DNA from: Lingula anatina
Taxonomy: Eukaryota > Animalia > Brachiopoda
NCBI GenBank assembly: GCA_051362555.1
Contig: CM120647.1
Coordinates: 4,092,001 to 4,156,000 of the forward strand
DNA length: 64,000 nucleotides
Direction of reading: 5' to 3'
Position 1 is the first letter of the stretch, and each line of letters begins with the position of its first letter. The notes beneath the pieces are model-generated. The model did no database searches. It saw only the letters and a list, made by a program, of their open reading frames with translations, and was not told the DNA's origin. Positions 52,846-64,000 of the stretch are shown here, piece after piece. Both the position numbers and the translations under genes were made by a program.

Positions 52846-55800
52846 TCATTAGGATTCCCCATAGGGGAATACTTTTGTTTTTGCTGTTCTTCTTCTTCTT
52901 ATTATTAGGATTCCCCATAGGAGAATACTATTGTTTTTCCTGTTATTAGGATTCCCCATAGGGGAATACTATTGTTTTTGCTGTTCTTCTTCTTCTTCTT
53001 CTTATTAGGATTTCCCAAAGGGGAATACTTTTGTTTTTGCTGTTCTTCTTCTTCTTCTTCTTCTTAGGATTCCCCATAGGGGAATACTATTGTTTTTCCT
53101 GTTATTAGGATTCCCCATAGGGGAATACTATTGTTTTTCCTGTTATTCTTCTTCTTATTATTATTTTTCGTCAAAAAATTTCTTTCTAAAATTCTGAAAA
53201 AATTCATACTGAAAGTCTATGAAAAGTTATTCTAGTCCACCCAATTTTATTGACCTTGACCTAATTTTCAAGGTCACAGAGCCTTTTAAAGTGAAAATTT
53301 TGCAAATTTCAAAATGCAATATCTCAACATTTTGACAAATCCTTTCACAGGTGAGGGCATACAATAATTCTGTATCAAGTGACCCAATTTTAGGAAAGTA
53401 GGTCAGGTCAAGGTCAACCTATTGCAAAATATGCTCCAGGTGGTTGACACTCGGCAGCGGGTAAACCAGATGTCACAGAGCCACAAGGCTGATGTAAAAT
53501 ATTGCCCTACATATCTGTCCAGTGCAGTCGCTAATAATATTGACAATTGACTGATTCGTTTTTTTAATATAGATTTTTAAATATTAATAATTTCACAGAT
53601 ATAGTGACTTTGTCAATTTCTCCATGAAATCCTGATTTTTTGTGATAATATGCTATACGGCTGTTTCACGATCAGGGGTACAAAATAGGGGTCACATTGA
53701 GAGAAAAATGAACTCTGATGCATTTGTTTAATTTTGTAACAGATAAAAAGAATAACATCTTAACTATGATATCTACATTTTTAGAGCACAAGATTAATTA
53801 CTTTTTGTGCTACGCTCAAATTAACAGAACGCTCCTTAGACTATGATCTGGGGGTACGGACACTATACATTTAAGTAACTGATGCTTTTGTAACTGAAGT
53901 ATCATATTGTTTACCAGTTATTTTTGCCAAAAGTCTAAAAAATGTCAAACTAAAGATATAACAGCAGTACTTTAACCAAAAGGATACAAGTACATGTATT
54001 AATCAAAGAGTTTTTAAGAGAAACACCGCAGCACGTTTTTCAGTGGATGCTGGAGCTTGGTTGTGTGTCATTCAGTGTGACTTTCATTCACCAGACTTTA
54101 ATTTTAACTTTTCTTTCTGTTGCTTGACCTTTTTTTTATCTATTCATTTTTTTTTTTTTTGGTTTCAGTCTTGATTCCTGTTTTTGGAGTCTTCTCTTCT
54201 TTTTCATCTCTCGTTAATTTGCACCTCTTGTTCTACTGTTTTCAGGATTGTTGGATTTCTGCTTCTCCTTAACTCTCTGTCAGTATGCCCTAATTTCTTC
54301 TCTTTACTTTAGTCTTTCTTGCTGGGCCAGCCTTGGATGATTCTTCTTTTTTTTTTTTTTTTGCTTCTATGCTATGTTACGTGCATTCAACGTCTTCCTT
54401 ACGTGCTTCAGCAAGAGTATTAGCATCTTTACGGATATTAGCTCTTTGACGTCTTTTCTTTTTTTTTCAAAATTATTTTTTGCTGACAGTAAAATATTCA
54501 GTATCCCTTTTTATTTTCCTGTTTGGCTATTTGTTTATTGTCATCCATATTTGATACTTCATTCACTGAGAGTATAATAAATGTACTGTTAATTATTCAT
54601 GCATTGAAGTGTTCGTACCCCCTCAACATATATCATATACATTAATCCATAGAATATTAATCCATAAACAATTTATTATTTTTGCAATAAGCTATATTTG
54701 GCAATATATTCAAACCAATATTGTTCATTTTGAATGCAAAGAGTAGCATCTTTACTGATATTATTTATTTGCAAAATCTCTTGCCTGACTCTGATCAATC
54801 AGTATCACTTTATTGAACATATATTTAAATACAATGTTTTTTCTAAATCTACAGTGGTCGGAATAATTTTGTTTCCGTTGTACACCGGTGTAACAACGTT
54901 CGAAATGTTTTAATCCCTATCTTGTGAATAGAAGGGGGCGGACAAACAATGGAGGGCCGTATAAATCCCTTCAAAATTCGAACGCACAAACACAATAGCT
55001 GAGGTGGAATAACACAATACTTAATACGAGTGAACCCCATGACGCCGGTTTCTGTGGCCCAGCGCGAGCGTGACAATCCGCTGTAACTAGGTGTAATTAA
55101 CAGCAGGATACATCAGCCAGAAGGTCCCTATTGTTTGTTGCGGCGATAGGATTACAGCTTGAAGAGGCTAAACCCATGCTAAGGCGTGCCACGCGAAGCG
55201 AACTGTCCTTTTGTTCACTAGTTTGGCACGCGCAGCTGGTTTTTAGTGTTGCTAACAAACTGCTAGTTAAATTTGTTATCAGTTATTTCATCCTATATGA
55301 AATTTCCGCAGTCAAAAATTGAACTAATTATTGTTTGTTTGGTTGAAATGCATGAGCGTCAGCATCAATCTGTCTCAAAAAATTCCTATTGCATTAATTT
55401 ATAAATGTATAATTTATTTATGTACTTACGTTTTAATTTGAAATATCTGCATTCAAGCGTTCAAGTATTTATAAAACATGAATGATAATGAAAGAGGAAT
55501 AAGTAAATAACATATTACTTTTATTATGCTTATATTATAATATTGAAATTAAATGAGGTGCATTGACATAGGCGCAATGACAATCCAACTACAACCTGCA
55601 ACAGGGGGAAGTCTGGCTGTATGATCATACAATATACGAAAGTACGGTCAATTAAAAGTGTAAATCATCAGTTAAAGAGGAGGGGGTCTTACTATAGCTC
55701 GCTATCTATTGTTAAACCCGACTGTTATTATCTCTCGAACAAGCTTAAAGCATGCCTATACAATTACTGTGTCTCCGGCTGCTGTTCAGAAACACCATGT

Positions 55801-58800
55801 CGAACATATTTTGCTACAGTGAGAAACATGGTACACTAGCGACTTGTTTTAGATCACTCAAGAAAGGATGCATACGTGCGACACCAGAGGAAAAACAATC
55901 AAGTATGCATCTGATACATTAATAGTAATTGCACAGTGCATGTTACTAGACCTTTGTCCTAACTCAGTAGTTAGGAATAGGATGTTTGGATAAAAAGCTT
56001 CTATTCAACTCGCTTAGACCTAGGGCGTGATGCTATCATCCGATGAAACACGTAACTGAACCCTCTACCTGAACCTGAAGTCCCTTTAGCTGAAACAAAA
56101 ACTGCCCCTTGAACATGTCCATTTTTTAATCGTCAAATGATTTGTGATTTCATTGAACGTCTTTGATCGAAAGCTTTCAAGTGACAATAACCGAACCGTG
56201 TGTTGATTATTTATTAAAGCGTAATTAAGTCTATTTTGAAAACGATTTTTGCCAAGATTGAGCTTGGATTGAGCACCGTCACTATTTAGCTACTCGCCTA
56301 TAATGCGTGCTGAACGACAGACAACTTAAAAATATTATCTGTGTAACTGTGCAAATGAACGCATTTAGTTAAAATATAACGAAGCCGGCATTTAATCCAT
56401 CAAACATATTTATATTTGTTCTTTTAAAACCAGTGTAAGGTTAACGCCAAATCAAAGCAAGCCTTGCCAACTGGTTTTGTTTAAACTGTCGTGCATCAAG
56501 TAAAGCTAAGTAAAGCCTGTTTCTACTTCGCAGTGTTCAGCCCAGCCATAAAACTGCATGAAGGATAACAAGACTCCGTAGACCTGTGCTTCAGGTTTCC
56601 AGGAGTCCCGTGTAACACAATAATATCGAAGACCTGAGAGTAATACATATATGAGGCCGTGTATGAAAGATTTAACAAATTAGAAATTCAAGAATTTAAA
56701 CATGCTAGATACATGCACATCACTTAATAAGTCATTTCACAAAAATCGCATCTAATTGTTTAGATTAACCTTTACTTTTATCGATCTCATCCCATTGTCT
56801 CAACCACCTAAAAGAAATATAGAGAACATGAGGAAAAGTAACACGTTTACATGCAGGCGAAGGAGTTATACTTCAATATTAATTGCGAACAACATCAACA
56901 GCTACTAAAGACCGTTGCCTGTCTTTCACACTTTTACACAAACACACGAAGGTTTAATAAAGGGAGTCGCGGCGCGATATCTATCTCTTTCATTCGAACA
57001 AGCAAAGGGCTGACCCGAAGTAAGCTTTCTATACTAATGTCCTTTTTTATTGTATATTGTAATAGCTCTACTTGCTCGCCTCCATTGTCTTGTAAAAGTG
57101 ACAAAGAATGTGTTGTATTCACACACGAGTTGAAAGAACTTTGCATAACTCCTTTGCCTTAAGTTGCATAATGTCTTTCTCAAGGTTATAATCAGTGTGA
57201 AGAGGGTGTCTTGCCTCATTTAAAAAGGGTGTTGTTCTTCATACTGGTTGTTGCATAACTTATGCTAATCTTAAACTTTTATGTACCACTATGGTTTTAA
57301 TAAATCGCCAAAATTATGAATTTAATGAACATTGTGTATCAAACGTTTTGATACGATTTAAATAAATGGACGAGGAGGATTACGGTATTAGGTTCTATTT
57401 ACCTCTGGCTTTAACTTCGCCCTGCTATATAAATGAACAAATGTTGCAGATCGTAACAAAAAACTTTCTTATAGTGTTTTATGACATATATGATTAACAC
57501 ATTTGATAGTGAAACACTCCTCGACTTTAACGAATCACCTGACGTAAACTGTCTACCCGCGCTCCCCGAAAAACTGTTTCTTTTAATTTTGAAATGAATT
57601 GCTTTTAAGGCAAAGAAATCCATTAAACCCTTTAGTCTCAATATCATTGTACAGCATGTTGTAATCGATATTTAAAAAAGTTAATTTTTGTATTCCGCTT
57701 TCATCGAGGATACCTAAAGTTGAGGTTACAATTACGTCGCTCGCCTATGCTACTGGAATATATATTTAAAGACAAATTAAGCTATGTAAAGTCCCTATTG
57801 TCACACACCATATATACTTAATTTTGTCTTGAATGAAAAAATAGCCTCAAATTAGCGTTTTGTGCTTAAACCTTTCATTACTTGAACCAAGATCTGTACT
57901 ATAGCTACCAAGACGTACATGCATCAAGTTGGGTCTGCTGGGGGAGGGGAGCATTTAAATGATAAACGAGGAAGTCTACCTGCAAAAGCAGCAGCAGTGG
58001 TTTAAATAATCGCTATCTAGACTCCTTTTTCTTTGACAGCAACATAAAAAGTGTTTAGGGAGAAAGACCCGACGTTGTTTTGTCTTCAGCATTTCCTCTT
58101 CCTTGTTATCTGCAATTACTATCGTCAATTAATGAAATCGAGAAAGCAATTAAGTGACGGCACATTGAATATAGTCACTAGGTGCATTTCGCTGAGTGTT
58201 TACAAGATCTAGCGACACATTTCATCGCCACGCGTTCTAGTTTGATTAGTTTAGAAAATTAAACAGTTACTCTGGCGGCTCTCCGTCATTGCTATGAATC
58301 TGACATCGAATTTAGTCCAAAATATTAGTAAATTCAGAATTATTAGCTAAAACGTAAATTGCCCTAATTTGTCAGATAATCAAAAATGCCGGTGATCCAC
58401 GCGGAGGGTACGCTTTCCTGAAGGTAGCGGCGACGAACGGCGACGATATTTTTCTGAATAGTGAACCTTTATTAGTTACGAAAAGCCCCCTTTTCAACAG
58501 GCGCGTTTTATTAATTACTTCATGTCACAAAGTTAATTTATACAGGCAAAACTTTATTCAAGGAAATAGTTTCACGAAATGAACGAGAGTAAAATATAAG
58601 TCGGCACAAATATAAGGCATACAACAATGAGTCATGTTATGGATCATGTTATGGGCCATGTCGGATTATAATGGCATACCTTGATGCAAAACAGTCTATC
58701 GTTTCTTCCACCGCGAGTCCCTTTATTTAATGTAATGTATTACTCATTACCCGTTTCATTTGACACTCTCTCTTTTTATCTCCCTTCCCCTTTATCTTGT

Positions 58801-61800
58801 TAGAAGGAGGGTAAATAATTAAGCACTCAAAATCTGCACCACCAATCTTCAGAAAAACATAAGTCAACGAACCAGTGGGCTGATCCACAACATCCGACAC
58901 AGCAGAATGAATCAAATAACAGCTAGCACAAATTTATATGCAGTTAGCTATAGTGTCACTACATACATAATCAGCTGCACGCGCGAAGCTGTTGAACAAA
59001 AGGATAGTTCGCTACGGGAGACCGTTTGTTTACATAAGTACTCTAAGGGGGCGTGGCTACCCAGGCGACCAGGGGATTAGGCTAGTTACTATATGCCATC
59101 AACAATCGTTTAGCGACCCTATCATTATACACTCTCTCTATTGTATTTTCCACCGCATTAATCGCAGTGTAATCTTCAAATGGTCCACTGGTAAAGTGTA
59201 CACATTCTTAATCCAAGTACGGTATAAGACAAGAATGCATTTTATATAGTCTAAAACAATATTTTGCATCATATTTTGAAGTTTAATCATCATTGATATG
59301 TAGCCAGTTATCCAATGGTTAATGTATAACTTGGGGGTACGGACACTACAGTAGGGGTACGGACACTACATTTGGCACCAAATTTGTGCATATCTTTTCA
59401 TAATAAGGGGTTATGTGCTATTTTCTTCCTGCAAAATAAATGTCAGTGTAGACATTATAGAATGATAAATTCAGACAGAATATGCTGTGGTTCCTAAATA
59501 AAATAGATAGGGGGGTACGGACACTAGAAAAATTAGGAGACACCAAGGGGCTCATGATTATAAATACCATTGCATTAATAATAATGGTTACATATGCACA
59601 ACACCTTTCTTATGTTTAAGTCATAAAATGGTAAATTCATCTTATTATCACGTAGGTGATTTCAAAGTAATATTTGGCCTTATCAAATGTGTTTTTCATT
59701 GCATTACCAAAAATAAGTAAAATGTGTACAAAAGCCTGTTTCAGCAAATTGGTTAAAATAAATATTTACTCAGAACATATCTTTGGAAGAACCTACTAGA
59801 AGAGAAGACATATGTCGTGGGAATTACATACCAATATCACATTCACCACAAATCATTGACATAAAGGGCTAGTGCATCATATTTATGACCTAAGTTGTAA
59901 ATGACCCATCGTAACAGCTAGAAATACATGTAGGTACTTTTTGGACACATAATTGGCCATATTTTTGTAAATTATAGTCCGATTATTATAATTCTTTTTT
60001 TTATTTTGCTCCTATAAACAGTGTCTTTGATATCAGTCTATCAGGAATCTTCAATCATAAATTGTAAATTTATCAGACACTTGTTACATTAACCACATTT
60101 AATTGTTTACCCTGATTGTGAAACAGCCGTATAGTAAACTACCCCAAACTACCCCAAATACCCAACACCCCCAAATCAAGTGTCAAATTTGACCTTGACC
60201 CTCATTGTCAAGGTCATTTGGCTATTTCATGGAGTTTGCTAAAAGTGATGTTTTGTTGACCCCCCCACCCCCAATTCGCACATGCCCTTTCAGAATATGG
60301 GGTCAAATCTAACCCATGACGTTCACATGACCTTGTAAGAGCATTTCCACACTTATTTTGCAGGGGAATCCTCCGCCACTGGCTTCAGCCAGTTGCAGTC
60401 TTGTTAGGATTCCCCATAGGGGAATACTATTGTTTTTGCTGTTCTTATTAGGATTCCCCATAGGGGAATACTATTGTTTTTGGTATTATTATTATTATTA
60501 TTATTATTCTTTCGACGCGTTTTTTTCGCAAAAATTCTGAAATAATTGTCATAGGTAGCCTATGGCAAGAATATGCTACAGAACCAGTTTCAGTGTCCTT
60601 GACCTATTTTGCAAGGTCACAGGGGCTTTTAAAGGCAAATTTTGTAAAATTTGAAATTACCATTAGGCCTAAAGTATAAGCCATATGGCTAAGGGCCTTA
60701 TGGCCAGTAATACTGAGGTAAATCCACAGATAATGACCTACTTTTATGCAATTAGGTCAAGGTCAAGGTCGCTAATTGCCAAACGGGCTCAAAGAAGGTT
60801 TGTTTCCGAGAATTCAAAAACCGGAAGGCCCAGAGCCCCAATCATAGTAGCAAATGATGCCCTATATATTTATCTAAGCTTAGCCATACTTTGGTAGCAA
60901 CTGCCTAATTACCTTTTTAAATATAGATTTCTAAATATTTATGACATTACAGAAATCGTGAGTTTGGCAATTTCTCCGTGAAACACTGGTTTTTGGTCAT
61001 AGCATGCTATAGAAAACTACCCCAAACACATACCCAAAACCCCCAAATCAAATGTCAAATTTGACCTTGACCCTCATTTTGAAGGTCATTTGGCTATTTC
61101 ATGGAGAAATATTGAAGTGGGCTAAAAGTGATGTTTTGTTGACCCCCCCCCCCCCAATTCGCACTCTTTCAGAATATGGGGTCAAATTTAACCCGTGACC
61201 TTCACATGACCTTGTAAGAGCTTTTCCGCGCCTTTTTTGCAGGGGAATCCTTCGCCACTGGCTTTAGCCAGTTGCAGTCTAGTTATTATTCTTCTTCTTA
61301 TTATTATTATTTTTCGTCAAAAAATTTCTTTCTAAAATTCTGGAAAAATTCATACTGATAGCCTATGAAAAGTTATTCCAGTCCATCCAATTTTTTTGAC
61401 CTTGACCTAATTTCCAAGGTCACAGAGGCTTTTAAAGTGAAAATTTTGCAAATTTCAAAATGCAATATCTTCTAGAATTTTCAACATTTTGACACATCCT
61501 TTCAAAGGTAAGGTCACACAATAATTCTATATCAAGTGACATAATTTAAGGAAAGTAGGTCAGGTCAAAGTCAACCTATTGCAAAATATGCTCCAGAAGG
61601 TTGACACTCGGCAGGGGGTAAACCAGATGTCACAGAGCCACAAGAATGATGTAAAAAGTTGTCCTAGATATCTATCTAAGACAGTCGCTAATAATATTGA
61701 CAATTGACTGATTAGTTTTTTTTTAAATAGTTTTTTAAATATTAATAATTTCACAGAAATAGTGACTTTGTCAATTTCTCCATGAAATCCTGATTTTTTG

Positions 61801-62795
61801 TGATAACATGCTATAGTAAACTACCCCAAACATATACCCAACACCCCCAAATCAAATGTCAAATTTGACCTTGACCCTCATTTTCAAGGTCATTCGGCTA
61901 TTTCATAGAGAAATATTGAAGTGGGCTAAAAGTGATGTTTTGTTGACCCCCCACCCCCAATTCGCGCATGCCCTTTCAGAATATGGGGTCAAATTTAACC
62001 CATGACCTTCACATGACCTTGTAAGAGCATTTCCACACCTTTTTTTGCAGGGGAATCCTCCGCCACTGGCTTCAGCTAGTTGCAGTCTAGTTATTATTAT
62101 TTTTCGTCAAAAAAATTCTTTCTAAAATTCTGAAAAAAAATTCATACTGATAGGTCACAGAGCCTTTTAAAGTGAAAATTTTGCAAATTTCAAAATGCAA
62201 TATCTCCTAGAATTTTCAACATTTTGACAAATCCTTTCATAGGTGAGGTCACACAATAATTCTATATCATGTAACCCAATTTTAGGAAAGTAGGTCAGGT
62301 CAAGGTCAAAATTATTGCATGATATGCTCCAAATGGTTGACATTCGGCAGGGGGTAAACCAGATGTCACAGAGCCACAAGGATGATGTAGAAAGTTGCCC
62401 TGTATTACTATCCAGTGCAGTCGCTAATAATATTGACAATTGACCAATTAGTTTTTTTAATATAGATTTTTAAATATCAATAATTTCACAGAAATAGTGA
62501 CTGTCAATTTCTCCATGAAATCCTGATTTTTTGTGATAACATGCTATAGGATACTACCCCAAACATATACCCAACACCCCCAAATCAAATGTCAAATTTG
62601 ACCTTGAACTTCAATTTCAAGGTCATTTGGACATTTTTCTTTCCACACGTTTTTTTTCGCAAAAAATTGAAATAATTATCATAGGTAGAATATAGTCAGA
62701 ATATGCTATAAACCAAAAAATAGTGACCTTGACCCACTTTTCAAAGTCACAGGGGCATTTAAAGACGAAATTTGTAAAATTTGACATTGCAATTA
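52846..62795 (+). mobile_element. Cluster of Helentron-associated (HINE/DINE-1-like) non-autonomous elements in the receptor intron
   Basis: Heads TTAGGATTCCCCATAGGGGAATAC + (CTT/TTA)n (6x at 52846-53130, 2x at 60404-60470). Cores with TGACCTTGACC. Tails GCAGGGGAATCC + hairpin CACTGGCTT.AGC.AGT at ~60360, 61238, 62048. Confidence 0.8.
53658..60129. mobile_element. 6.5-kb TIR DNA transposon (Sola-like candidate) nested in a HINE
   Basis: TIRs CGGCTGTTTCAC(G/A)ATCAGGG; TATA duplicated on both sides; empty site GCTATAGTAAACTACCC at ~61811 in a sister HINE. Subterminal GGGGTACGGACACTA repeats. No intact transposase. Confidence 0.82.
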
Positions 62796-62834
62796 CAGGT
62801 ATATGTATTATCTTATCCTGTTACTTGTTTTTAG

Positions 62835-64000
62835 AACGTGCTCCGCTGGATAGACAACACACCACTTGTATTCTCAGACTGGTACCATCCAGACTATGAC
62901 AAACTCTTTATAGAGGAACGCTTCCGAACCGCGGCTAAATATTCAAAAAATGTTTTCAGCGACTTTGCATTCATGTCGAGATCAAATCTTCTTAACATTA
63001 GGCATCCTGCTTATGAGAGTGGTATATCATGTGCAGCTATGGTTGTCACTAACCCGCACTACTCGTCCAACTGGATCATGATTCCATGTCCGCGAGAATT
63101 CCATGCAGCCACTGTGATATGTGAATACCCAAGACACGCCAATGAAAGCAATCGGAGGCGAGTGTCACTGAAAACGACCAGAAATGTTACCTGTTCTGAT
63201 TTTCAGTTTGAATGCGGAGACGGCACGTGTGTTTCTATAGATTCTCGGTGTGACGGACGAAAAGATTGCCTAGACGGAAGTGACGAAAATGCTACCTGTC
63301 ATCCACTTCACTTTTGGCGTTGTAACAACGGACATAATCTTCATTTGTCCCGATTCTGTGACAAAGTTACCGATTGCTCTGACAACTCAGACGAAATAGG
63401 TTGTATCTATCCGCTTTGTAAATCAGATCAGTTCCGTTGTGGAAGTGGAGAATGCATTCAAATGAGTGAAAGATGCGACTTGATACCCCACTGTAAAGAT
63501 GATTCAGATGAAGCACAGTGCGCAAATACCTACAAGAAGAAATTCTATTCTTGTTTTTCTGATACATTCATTCCGTATTCACAGAAACACGATGGCGTGG
63601 TAGACTGTCCAGGGCCCTATGAAGAAGACGAAGTAGACGAGTGGTCGTTAAAACAACCATCGAATGGGCCCTGTTGGTTTCGGCACTGGGATTGTCACAA
63701 GTACACCTGCGACAAATATTCTGATCAGGAAAAAGCTGTTTTCTTGGGTGAGCCTACGTCAGGTAAAAAATATAGAAATGTCCAAGTTTTCTCTAAGAAC
63801 AAGGCTTGCTTTTACGAAAGAACTAAGTACGACATCCTATCAACATGCAGTACTGGGAAGCACCTTGTACAAAACCTGTCTGATATCAACATAAAATTTA
63901 TTTCTGTTTTTCTTGAACCGTCGCCATTTTGTTACGGATTCACATGTCCCAAAGATTTATACCACCAATGCCCGTCGCCGTACTGCATACCTGCCAGATC
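62835..64000 (+). CDS. Next exon of the same receptor: CTLD second half plus LDL-receptor class A repeats (runs off window)
   Basis: Acceptor TTTTTAG|AAC, phase 0, open to the window end: LRWIDNTPLVFSDW..SCAAM..WIMIPC..VICE, then LDLa repeats CSDFQFECGDGTCVSIDSRCDGRKDCLDGSDE, CDKVTDCSDNSDE, CKSDQFRCGSGECI..CDLIPHCKDDSDE, and CP.PYCIP. Absent from the ORF track, probably because no stop lies inside the window. LRR/7TM parts are not visible. Confidence 0.85.

Noticed and set aside
56850-57220. Possible gene fragment inside the nested TIR element
   Set aside because: Short ORFs in several frames with no recognisable motif; cannot be supported without a search.

Overview
Eukaryotic (animal) genomic DNA, AT-rich and repeat-rich. 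The gene and transposon repertoire suggests a lophotrochozoan, probably a mollusc (inference). Manual splicing gives four genes. (1,2) Two intact, oppositely oriented 4-exon paralogues encode a secreted PAN/apple + jacalin-like (beta-prism) lectin (2488-4608 minus; 24733-33653 plus). (3) A 4-exon type II membrane C-type lectin receptor with a Tyr-motif-bearing cytoplasmic tail lies at 15704-20741 plus. (4) The 5' part of a large CUB-CUB-CTLD-LDLa receptor resembling GRL101-type GPCRs runs from 49906 past the window end. Relics of at least three further PAN-jacalin copies and one further C-type lectin copy point to a birth-and-death lectin cluster, possibly built from a convergent CTL/PAN-jacalin module. 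Mobile elements include an apparently intact full-length L1/Tx1-clade LINE with a 14-bp TSD in intron 2 of one lectin paralogue, two decayed Tc1 elements, an RTE fragment, several PIF/Harbinger-like MITEs, Helentron-like (HINE) elements with a nested 6.5-kb TIR element (TATA TSD), and a ~640-bp satellite array with a 1986-bp higher-order duplication. Domain and family calls come from motif recognition by eye; no searches were run.
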